A stretch of DNA of 64,000 bases from an uncultured Aminicenantes bacterium (GCA_965195285.1 CBDAFS010000062.1:1-64000); one strand, 5' to 3'. Positions 9,717 through 18,277 are shown, counted from the stretch's first letter. A program made the numbers and translations. Notes: generated by a model not told the origin, from the sequence alone.

Positions 9717-9868
9717 TTTCAAATTTCGTGCTTAGGATTTCGGATTTGGGATTTGATTTTTTTCTTCTGGCTCCTGTCTCCTGAATTTTTTTTGATCCCG
9801 GGTTTTGAACATTGGTATTTTGGGTCATTCGAGATTGTTTCGGATTTCGTGCTTCGTGCTTCGAATTT
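9717..9868. repeat. Degenerate 7-bp tandem repeat arrays
   Basis: TTTCAAA-TTTCGTG-CTTAGGA-TTTCGGA-TTTGGGA; CTTCTGG-CTCCTGT-CTCCTGA; TTTCGGA-TTTCGTG-CTTCGTG-CTTCGAA. Confidence 0.8.
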
Positions 9869-9885
9869 AATAGTATATCATCCTA

Positions 9886-9914
9886 TTGACTCAAAGCAGT
9901 CATTACGGTAAAAT
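9886..9914 (+). promoter_or_regulatory. sigma70-type promoter of tRNA-His
   Basis: TTGACT-17 bp-TAAAAT, 14 nt upstream of the tRNA. Confidence 0.7.
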
Positions 9915-9928
9915 AGCAATCACAGTAC

Positions 9929-10003
9929 GGTGAGTGTAGCTCAACGGTAGAGTATCGGTCTGTGGAACCGAATGTTGCGGGTTCAAATCCCGTCACTCAC
10001 CCA
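9929..10003 (+). tRNA. tRNA-His (GTG)
   Basis: G-1, acceptor GTGAGTG/CACTCAC, anticodon arm TCGGT-CTGTGGA-ACCGA, T arm GCGGG-TTCAAAT-CCCGT, discriminator C. Confidence 0.96.
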
Positions 10004-10194
10004 TTTTGATTCACCATCCAAATAATCCCCCTATCCAACCCAGATAATCTAAATTTATTTTGATTATTTAATTTCCAAGTTTCAAAGCACCGTCCCCGTT
10101 TTTTTCTCTATTATAAAAAGGGCATTTTAGGAAATAAGGGTTACAAAATAGTTGCAAAAATTTGATATAAAAATGTTTAAACGTTTTAGTGGCT

Positions 10195-11463
10195 TCATAT
10201 TTTTACATTTTCTAGGATTTGTTGACGTATTTCTTCATTTCTAATTTTTTTTTCAAGCTCATTTCTCTCCCTTTTTTCTTTTGTACGAAGTTCTATTTCT
10301 AATTGATTTTTATATTCGTCATTTGTCATTTTCAAATAGTGCTTTAAAAAATTTGCTTGATCTTGAGCCATCCCTTTATCCTCACATACAATACGTGTGT
10401 ATTTCCCATGAATCTGAAATTTACTAACTTTTGTTGACAAGTTAGAGTCACAATGACTTGGGCGCCGGAAAATCTCTATCCATTTAGAATTAGGAGCCTG
10501 ATTGAATGTAAAAATTAATACTCCTTTGTGTGTGTCAAAATCAAAACCATTAATACTAATAGGATCATTTATCAAAGGATCGTCAAGTTCTAATTTTGGG
10601 ATCACTTGTTTGCTCAACTTACTTTTTTTTTGCCTCGTTTCAAACTCTTTTCTAAATTGACTTAAGCGGATTTTTATTTCATCAATCGAAGAAGGACGAT
10701 TTTGAGGATCCTGCATAATCATTGATTCCACTACTTTATCCAAGTACTCAAACTCAGGAGCGACATCACTGATCTTGATAAAATTGGTCCCAAGAGGTAC
10801 CTTTTGGGTAAACATTTCATTAAGAATGAAACCTAAAGCAAAAATATCTGCTTTAAATTCAACCTTAACCTTGGAGTTTCTTTCTCTTTGTTCAGGGGCA
10901 GCATATTGGGCATTAAAAAGTTTCGTGTTTGTTTTGGTTTTAAACTTGGTCAACAACCATTCTTCAGAAAAATGAGCGATACCAAAATCTGCGACTACTG
11001 CAGTTTCTGATTCTTCATCCCATAAAATATTTTCGGGTTTGATATCCCTATGATAAATATTTAATAGATGTGCAGCTTCGACTCCATCCAAAATTTGATA
11101 GAAAACCCTCAACACTCTCTCATGGGGCAATTTTTCATCTATGAGGTTTCGGAGTGTTTTGGGATAATATTTCATTACATAAAAGGGTGTTTTTGTTCCT
11201 TTTTGAAGACAAGATCCCCAATCAAGGACCTCAATAATATTTTGGTGGCCTACCATAGCGCAAAAACCAAGCTCATGTTTAAATCTTACCAATTTTTCAC
11301 TTATTAGAATTTCTGGCTTCAAGCATTTTACTGCTAGTTCATCACTCGAATCACTCCTTACTCTATAAACCGAACCAGACCCTCCCTCTCCAATTTGTTT
11401 TTCAACAATATATGTTTGGAATGGTGATTCAAATTTGAAATCTTTACGAATTTTATCAGCCAT
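10195..11463 (-). CDS. Hanks-type Ser/Thr protein kinase with C-terminal extension
   Basis: GEGGSGSVY, LAVK, HRDIKPEN, DFG, YAAPEQ; no TM segment. Confidence 0.92.
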   Translation of the reverse strand: MADKIRKDFKFESPFQTYIVEKQIGEGGSGSVYRVRSDSSDELAVKCLKPEILISEKLVRFKHELGFCAMVGHQNIIEVLDWGSCLQKGTKTPFYVMKYYPKTLRNLIDEKLPHERVLRVFYQILDGVEAAHLLNIYHRDIKPENILWDEESETAVVADFGIAHFSEEWLLTKFKTKTNTKLFNAQYAAPEQRERNSKVKVEFKADIFALGFILNEMFTQKVPLGTNFIKISDVAPEFEYLDKVVESMIMQDPQNRPSSIDEIKIRLSQFRKEFETRQKKSKLSKQVIPKLELDDPLINDPISINGFDFDTHKGVLIFTFNQAPNSKWIEIFRRPSHCDSNLSTKVSKFQIHGKYTRIVCEDKGMAQDQANFLKHYLKMTNDEYKNQLEIELRTKEKRERNELEKKIRNEEIRQQILENVKI

Positions 11464-11471
11464 AGAATTTT

Positions 11472-11621
11472 TCAGTTATTTTTTTCAACTGTCTTGGTGA
11501 ATTTTTCATCTTTTAAAATTTCACTGATTAATTCGTTCCAATAATATTCTGCCTGTCTGAGAGAATATAATTGCAGATTTGTTTCTGGCCCTGATGTATC
11601 AAGATGACAAAAATATCCCAT
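11472..11621 (-). CDS. 49-aa small ORF upstream of the kinase
   Basis: GGGGAG SD then MGYFCHLDTSGPETNLQLYSLRQAEYYWNELISEILKDEKFTKTVEKNN*; ends 8 nt before kinase ATG. Confidence 0.5.
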   Translation of the reverse strand: MGYFCHLDTSGPETNLQLYSLRQAEYYWNELISEILKDEKFTKTVEKNN

Positions 11622-11788
11622 TTTATCTCCCCTTTAAAAAATCCCATATCATTCTACCACACCCAAAACTTTTTTGGAATTGGAACTAATATTATTTTCT
11701 TGACGATAGATCCCCGGTTCCTGTAAAATATAAAAAAAGATGAATTACTAGCTTTAAAAGTAATAAAATAAATGGGGGCAGGTTAATT

Positions 11789-12580
11789 ATGAATATAGTG
11801 AAAATAGAAATTATTATAAATGCTATTGTTGCAGTAGCTACTGTTCTAGCCTTAATTGTTATTTGGAAAACTTTGAGAGAAATGAAAATTCAAAGACACA
11901 AAATTTTCGAACCTCAGATTTTTCCTATGATGTTTAAGGTGTATATTTTATGCAACTATCCAGTTGAAATCTTTCCAGTAAAATGGGCTTTAAAGAAAGA
12001 AAACTTGATTATTTCAGAAACAGCTGATAAATTTTTAGAGTTAAGAAATATTGGACAGGGAATTGCGAATAAGATAGTTGTTGAAGTTTTCTGGAATGTA
12101 AAATATCAAGAATACTTTAATAAACTTAAAACAGAATTTAAACAATGTGATAGTGATATCAATATAACCGTATCTGATGCTTCCTGTCAGATTTATGTTA
12201 GAAAGAATAATAAAAATGTTTATGGCTCAAATTTTCCTTTTGATTTAAAAACTCAGCATTTATATGATTATTTATTACCTGTTAGAGAAAACAATGAATC
12301 CATTAAAATCCCTATCCCTAGATCTATTGAATTAATGATTTCACTAACCTTGATATTGTATGAACTATATAATGCTTTATCTTATTCAAAAAAATATGTA
12401 ATTGTAAAAAGATTAATTGATTATTTGGATATTGGTATTAATATTCAATTTAAAGATAATTTAGACAAATTTTATTCCAGACATTTTAAACTTGGTCTAT
12501 CAATGCCGATGGTTGAATTCAACAGTAAATATCATGGGAAAATTTATACAATTCATTTAGAAAGTGTTCGGAGTCACTAG
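11789..12580 (+). CDS. Hypothetical protein with N-terminal TM helix
   Basis: 263-aa ORF, hydrophobic N-terminus, LELRNIGQGIA motif. Confidence 0.7.
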   Translation: MNIVKIEIIINAIVAVATVLALIVIWKTLREMKIQRHKIFEPQIFPMMFKVYILCNYPVEIFPVKWALKKENLIISETADKFLELRNIGQGIANKIVVEVFWNVKYQEYFNKLKTEFKQCDSDINITVSDASCQIYVRKNNKNVYGSNFPFDLKTQHLYDYLLPVRENNESIKIPIPRSIELMISLTLILYELYNALSYSKKYVIVKRLIDYLDIGINIQFKDNLDKFYSRHFKLGLSMPMVEFNSKYHGKIYTIHLESVRSH

Positions 12581-12680
12581 GTTTAAGATTTTTATGGACA
12601 AAAGATTTGAGATTTTTTTAGTAATATATAAGACATTTTGGAAGATGAAGGAATCTAGCTTATTATGATAAGTCTATACA

Positions 12681-13421
12681 ATGAAGTGTAAATTATGTTT
12701 AAAGGAAGCAACATTACTAAAAAAATCTCATATAATTCCAAATTTCTTAATAAAAGATGTTGTTGATGATAAACATAGATTAGCATTACTTACAGCATCT
12801 AATGGTCAATTAAAAGACCAAATTATACAGTCAAGTTATTGGGAAGGAAATATTTTATGCAAACGATGTGAAAACACAATTTTGTCAAGGCTCGAAAGAT
12901 ATTTCGAGAGACATTTTTACACAGAAATTATCAGAAAATTAAAAGATAAAAATGTCCCAAATAATGAGGTGTTACCACTAAGGATTAGTGCCAATAGAAA
13001 TATCATAAAATTATTTCTATTATCAATTCTTTGGCGTTGCAATATTTCTAAAAATTTGTCCAAAGAAGTTCAATTGGGCCCCCATAAAGAAATTATTCGT
13101 AAAATGATTCTTGAAAATGATCCGAAAACCTATTATAGCTATCCCTATGCTGTTTTTACTTTTATTAATAAAAATAGTTATTCGAATAGTGGGTCATATG
13201 CAAAAATTGGTATTAGCCCTCGACGACTAAAAAATGAACATGGATATCAATATAGTATATTATGCCCTGGCTTTTTTTTTCATATATATATATCAAGTCA
13301 CAATCTGCCAAATTATATTGACGATATTAATATTGACCCAAATATTGTATTGGTTGGAGTTACGCTAGATGATGTTAATAAAAAGCTTGTTAATAGTATC
13401 TTGAATGCAAACCTATTTTGA
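12681..13421 (+). CDS. HNH-endonuclease-like Zn-binding protein
   Basis: CKLC...SHIIP...LCKRCE..LSRLE. Confidence 0.65.
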   Translation: MKCKLCLKEATLLKKSHIIPNFLIKDVVDDKHRLALLTASNGQLKDQIIQSSYWEGNILCKRCENTILSRLERYFERHFYTEIIRKLKDKNVPNNEVLPLRISANRNIIKLFLLSILWRCNISKNLSKEVQLGPHKEIIRKMILENDPKTYYSYPYAVFTFINKNSYSNSGSYAKIGISPRRLKNEHGYQYSILCPGFFFHIYISSHNLPNYIDDINIDPNIVLVGVTLDDVNKKLVNSILNANLF

Positions 13422-13569
13422 ATCAAGAAAAAAGTTGTCCACTTTTTTGACCAAGAAATTCAATAAATGCCCGTTTTTGGCAATAAAATCCAATAATCAG
13501 GCTGATTAGAAATATTATAAAAAATCCCGGAAACGTTCTGATAACAAGGGTATTAGAGGGTTTTGGGAA

Positions 13570-13616
13570 AACCGATGCCCAGAGTCGAACTGGGGACCTT
13601 TTGATTACGAATCAAA
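13570..13616 (-). pseudogene. 3' half of tRNA-Thr(CGT), att-like fragment
   Basis: Minus strand TTTGA-TTCGTAA-TCAAA AGGTC CCCAG-TTCGACT-CTGGG CATCGGT; no D arm or 5' acceptor strand. Confidence 0.8.
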
Positions 13617-13836
13617 TCCAGCATTTTTCAAATTTTTCCCAGAAACCCTCTCATATAGCTCAAAACGAAGTTTAAGAGATGATTCCAATTAATTTTCACC
13701 ATTACGTATAATCCATTTAAATACATTTAAATCCAATTTATTATGGTTTATTATGGTCACAATTTGGTCACATTTTATTTCGGAGCAAGTCCACCATAAT
13801 TAGTTGTGTTAAGCAAAGACTTGACCCCTCTACAAA

Positions 13837-13983
13837 GATATTCCAATCATTGCCATGACTGCAGAGGCCATGAAAGGGGATCGAGAAAAGTGCATAAAGG
13901 CGGGTATGAAGGATTATATTCCCAAACCGATAAAACGTGATGTGGTTTATAAGATGGTCAAAAACTGGTGTTTTACCAAGTAG
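13837..13983 (+). pseudogene. C-terminal remnant of a response-regulator receiver domain (hybrid kinase type)
   Basis: [48 protein letters not shown]; N-terminal half of the domain absent. Confidence 0.8.
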
Positions 13984-14125
13984 GCTTATCTATTCTAAGC
14001 TCTAATTTTAACCGATTGTTCCTTTGAGGTCTGAAAGTATTTTATTATGTTAATTCTTTTTACTTTATATATCTATACATTGCCAGCTATAAAAGTACCT
14101 TAAAAACTAAAACACCCAAACATTA

Positions 14126-15604
14126 TTATTTTTTCAAGTCCAATTTTTTCAACATCTCTTCAATGGCTCGTTCCAATTGGGCATCCTTTCCGCTCATCAA
14201 ATCTTCCGGGCGGTTGGTTATTTCAACATCCGGTGATACGCCAACATTTTCAACAACCAGTTTCCCCTGTTTATCCACGTTTCCTTTAACGGGGAAAACA
14301 ACATAGCCTTTATCGATTAAATACGCAGCATTTGCACCGGCCATGATACCTGTGGTCCGTTTCCCAATCAACAATCCAGCTTCATGTTTGCGGAAAAGGT
14401 GGGCAAACATATCCCCGCCAGATTCAGACCACTCATTGATCAAGCAAACTTTCGGACTGTAAGAGACTCTTCCAGGATCATCAATATATACCTTTCCATT
14501 AGGCACTTTCCATCTGAATTCTTGAATCTGATTCATGCGGTCAATCATAACAGATGGGGAATAACCACCGCTGTTATATCGTACATCAACGATGAGCGCC
14601 TCTTTGTTTATCTGAGAGGAGAAGCCATCGATAAAAGATTCAAAACCTAAAAGATAGGTGTCGGGAAGATGGATATATCCAATACGTCCATCGCTGGCTT
14701 TACTTACCAATCTGGCATTATTTTGCGACCACTGGTGGTATCTTAAAAAATCTTCACCATTTTGTGTTACCTTATGGGTCTTCACCTGAATGGTCCGGGT
14801 ATCTTTTGTATTCGATAACCTAGAGATGGTGACCATCACATTCTTATTGGCTTTGCCAAGAAGAAAAGAATAAGGATTCACTCCTTTAGTCAGTTTTTTC
14901 CCATCTATAGCAATGAGGTAATCTCCGCAACTGACATTCATTCCAGGAAGAGTCAGCGGACTCTCTCTGCCCGGCACCCAATTCTGCCCGGGGTAGATGT
15001 GGGAGATTCGGTATGCCTTTTTCTGCTCATCCCATTGCAGATCGATACCCAATACACCATCATTGTTATCCTCTTCCACTGGGAAGTCCCCGCCAGCTAT
15101 CTCTATATGGCCGTATCCCAATTCAGCAAACATCTCCTCTATCAAATAACTCAATGTCCTGCGGCTTCCCACATGGGGCAGCAATTGCTCATACTTAGCC
15201 TTTATTGCCAACCAATCCACCCCATTCAATTTTTCATCAAAACATAAATCCCTCTGAAGACGCCAGGCTTCATTGAAGATCTGTTTCCACTCTTGTTTCA
15301 AATCCACAGACAGATTTATACTCGAAAGATCTACACATCCAACATCAAGTTTTTGATCTGGCTGGAGGTCCAACAGTGAAAGATATTCACGCTTTATGTA
15401 TAAAATCTTATTTCCAGTAGCTGACACTTGAAAATAATTGACATTTTCCATCAGCTCATACTCTTTCATATCTTTAAAATCGAACAATTTGACGGATGCG
15501 TTACTATTTTCGGGTACAGAGGAGTAGATCAGTTTTCCAGCCACACTTATCAGATTATCGTAATGGGAATTAGCGATAGGTAATGCGGTTATGCGGTGGC
15601 CCAA
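14126..15604 (-). CDS. Tricorn protease (S41) C-terminal part: PDZ and catalytic domain
   Basis: EWKQIFNEAWR, IGYIHLP, IVDVRYNSGG, SESGGD, ENVGVSPD, DAQLERAI. Confidence 0.85.
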   Translation of the reverse strand: MGHRITALPIANSHYDNLISVAGKLIYSSVPENSNASVKLFDFKDMKEYELMENVNYFQVSATGNKILYIKREYLSLLDLQPDQKLDVGCVDLSSINLSVDLKQEWKQIFNEAWRLQRDLCFDEKLNGVDWLAIKAKYEQLLPHVGSRRTLSYLIEEMFAELGYGHIEIAGGDFPVEEDNNDGVLGIDLQWDEQKKAYRISHIYPGQNWVPGRESPLTLPGMNVSCGDYLIAIDGKKLTKGVNPYSFLLGKANKNVMVTISRLSNTKDTRTIQVKTHKVTQNGEDFLRYHQWSQNNARLVSKASDGRIGYIHLPDTYLLGFESFIDGFSSQINKEALIVDVRYNSGGYSPSVMIDRMNQIQEFRWKVPNGKVYIDDPGRVSYSPKVCLINEWSESGGDMFAHLFRKHEAGLLIGKRTTGIMAGANAAYLIDKGYVVFPVKGNVDKQGKLVVENVGVSPDVEITNRPEDLMSGKDAQLERAIEEMLKKLDLKK

Positions 15605-15621
15605 CCCTTCCAGATCAATTT

Positions 15622-17319
15622 TTATATCCCCCGTCTGTCCGTCCCCCCCCCTTTCTCACTTTTTCCTTGACCTGCCAGGGGCGAGATCATATCCCTTCTT
15701 AGATTTGCAGCAATGATGATGGATGGATTGGACTGAAAAAAGGTTTCATTATTGCCTACACTAACGAATTCAACGTTTACTTTTCTGTTGGATACCCAAT
15801 AAAGATAGTTACCCTGTGGATCAAACACCGGGCTGAAATCATCGGTTCTCCCATCTGTCACGGTATATATCCTATTCTTTTTCAGGGAGTACAATTGAAT
15901 GAATCGGAGCCTGTTATCTGCCCGCCTGTCAAAAACCAACCAATTACTATCTGGAGACCATGATGCGTCAACATAATATTTACTCCCCGCATAGACATCA
16001 AAAAAGACTTTTTGTGTTTTCATGCTGTCAAGTTCAATAAGGAAATAGCTGGATCTCTGATCTGAATAACCGATTTTTTTTCCATCCGGAGACCAGCTGA
16101 GATTGCGTAAGCGTTGCTTTGAACAATTTGAGATCACTCTTTGTCTACTGTTTTTCTCAATATTTTTTAGATATATCTGCTCATCACCACTCTCATCCGA
16201 AATAAAAACAACACTTTTTCCATCCGGACTCCAGGCAGTCCTCCGCTCATGATGTCCGGAGGTATTGGTTAGGTTTTCCCAATTTCCGTTTTCCGTTTCA
16301 TAGAGGAGAAGATCACCTCTAACACAGCTGATGATCCGTTTACCATCCGGAGACAGAGCGCTGTCACTAGCAAACAGGTTGCTCTTTGCTCCCTTGATAT
16401 TGCGTACAAAAGAAGATTGAGGCAAAATAATTTTAACTTTTATCTGAGTGTTTGTATTGTCCTTAAGTGAATATCTATAAAGCGCTCCTCCCATTTCGTA
16501 GATGATCTGATTCTTACCTTTGCTTGGCCATTTAATGCCCCATTCTTCGCTGTGTGTTACCTGTTTCACACTCCCACTCGATGTTTGATATGCCCACAGA
16601 TTTTGCACACTATCGGCAGATCGATCACTGATAAAATAGATAGTGCCTCCTATCCACAGGGGGTGATGGTTAACCGAGTTGTTTTCAACAATCAGTTTTG
16701 ATTTTTTCTCATTAAAATTATAGATCCATATATTGGGCGCCATACCTCCACGATATCTCTTGAAATTCAACATCTTGACACTGGTACGACAGAATGCGAC
16801 CTGATCTCCTGTGTCATTAAAATCGGATAATTCAGCTTCAGGTAAGGCTATACATTGTGGAAGACCACCTTTTACACTGACAGCATGAAGCCGATTAAAT
16901 CGGTAGCTGAAGCTTTTGCTTATAGATCGAAACACAATGCGTTTGCCATCAGGGTGCCAGTCGACGATCTCTTCCTCAGTTGGATCGTAGGTCAAGCGCG
17001 TCACCTTGCCCCCCCTCACAGGAATCACAAAGACATCCACATTCCCTTCTCGATTGGCAGTAAAAGCGATGTGCTTCCCGTTTGGAGAAAATTTTGGCAG
17101 TTTTTCTTCTCCGGGATAATTGGTCAACTGATTCACATTCTCTCCTGTGATTGTAGATGTATAGATGTCTCCACCATAACAAAATACAATTTTACTTTTA
17201 AAAATATCCGGGTAACGGAGCAATTTTGTTTCAGAAGCAGCGCTCAGTGAATTAAAAACAAATGAAATTAAAAATAAAATAAACAATTTTTTCATCCAAG
17301 ACTCCTTTGATTTTTTCAT
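15622..17319 (-). CDS. Tricorn protease N-terminal beta-propeller part, frameshifted from the downstream part
   Basis: Signal peptide, LLRYPDI, repeated FSPNG/WSPDG (PD40) motifs, KRYRGGMA; ends just after a G9 tract. Confidence 0.85.
   Translation of the reverse strand: MKKSKESWMKKLFILFLISFVFNSLSAASETKLLRYPDIFKSKIVFCYGGDIYTSTITGENVNQLTNYPGEEKLPKFSPNGKHIAFTANREGNVDVFVIPVRGGKVTRLTYDPTEEEIVDWHPDGKRIVFRSISKSFSYRFNRLHAVSVKGGLPQCIALPEAELSDFNDTGDQVAFCRTSVKMLNFKRYRGGMAPNIWIYNFNEKKSKLIVENNSVNHHPLWIGGTIYFISDRSADSVQNLWAYQTSSGSVKQVTHSEEWGIKWPSKGKNQIIYEMGGALYRYSLKDNTNTQIKVKIILPQSSFVRNIKGAKSNLFASDSALSPDGKRIISCVRGDLLLYETENGNWENLTNTSGHHERRTAWSPDGKSVVFISDESGDEQIYLKNIEKNSRQRVISNCSKQRLRNLSWSPDGKKIGYSDQRSSYFLIELDSMKTQKVFFDVYAGSKYYVDASWSPDSNWLVFDRRADNRLRFIQLYSLKKNRIYTVTDGRTDDFSPVFDPQGNYLYWVSNRKVNVEFVSVGNNETFFQSNPSIIIAANLRRDMISPLAGQGKSEKGGGTDRRGI
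15643..15651 (-). repeat. G9 homopolymer at tricorn frameshift
   Basis: G10 or G7 restores ...DGQTGDIKIDLEGLGHRIT. Confidence 0.75.
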
Positions 17320-17431
17320 TTTGACCTCCTCAGCAGCTTGATTTGAACTTTTTCATTTTTGCATCCACGGCTATTTTAATATCAAACCACACTGAATTCG
17401 CCTGATATTGTAATTTAATACCTAAAAAAAG

Positions 17432-17453
17432 GTTCTAAATTGCAATTTAGAAC
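17432..17453. promoter_or_regulatory. Perfect 22-bp palindrome upstream of tricorn gene
   Basis: GTTCTAAATTGCAATTTAGAAC, flanked by A and T runs. Confidence 0.5.
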
Positions 17454-17574
17454 TTTTTCACTCGATTGTTATTTCCTTGTTTGGTAGGGATATAAAATTG
17501 AATCATATTTCAAGGAGGTTTCAATGTGATCTTTTTGTGGTCAATGATGACATGGATTAACTAGATTAAGTTAA

Positions 17575-17649
17575 GGTGCCTGATGTTAAACTCCCGACCT
17601 TTTGATTACGAATCAAGCGTTCTTTAACCTAACCAATTTAGGCCCAGGC
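17575..17649 (-). pseudogene. Degenerate tRNA-Thr(CGT)-like sequence
   Basis: 75 nt, GCCTG...CAGGC-ACC ends, CGT anticodon loop retained, broken T arm; 21 bp identical to 13595-13615. Confidence 0.5.
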
Positions 17650-17705
17650 GCATATGTCGTGTGGGACAGAAAATATTCCGGAGCTTATGGCAGGGATAAT
17701 GGAAT

Positions 17706-18017
17706 TTAAGCTTCAAAATTCCAGATACGTTTTTTCATCTCTCGGGCAAAATTTATAGTAGGTATTTTTTCTTTTGACCTACTGACAGTATCAATCGTTA
17801 ATGCATCACAATTTTTAATAATTTCCTGATTCATTTTTAAAATTGCATCCTCTCCATATTTATCAGTTTCAGGATGATAGATTTGCACAGGTATATTATA
17901 CTCATTTGCATATTTCTCTCCCAGAGATTGCTCACCCTCAACACCACCACATATTATTTCTTTAAATACTATGTTTGATTCTGAAGAATGTTTATGGTGA
18001 ACGGACAGCGTCGGCAT
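17706..18017 (-). pseudogene. DUF2493/SLOG-like protein fragment
   Basis: IICGGVEGEQSLGEKYANEYNIPV...DKYG...NQEIIKNCDAL; N-terminus looks foreign. Confidence 0.5.
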
Positions 18018-18277
18018 TCAGTGGAGGAATGATGGCATTAGAGCAGTCAGGCTGGCAAACTTACTGCCTCCGGGATTTCTGATTGATCCGGACCAAGTAC
18101 CGGTCGTTGATGTATATGAATAATCGATCATGATTATTATAGGCGGTTAGGAGCAACATAGTAAACTGTGGCAAAAATGTGGCAAAAAATATTTTCTTTT
18201 TTCTTCAATTTCCTTGGCGGATACGCCACATCGCCTGAATTATCAAGGATATACGCGGGTTTGAAAAATATACTATC

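Noticed and set aside
9592-9911. ORFs 9592-9828 (-) and 9693-9911 (+)
   Set aside because: They are translations of the repeat arrays and overlap each other and the tRNA promoter
13570-17649. Functional tRNA-Thr genes
   Set aside because: One lacks the 5' half and the other has a disrupted T arm and poor D arm
18001-18160. GC-richer fragment and a GCGGTTAGG attC-like end
   Set aside because: No recognisable reading frame and no complementary inverse core site upstream
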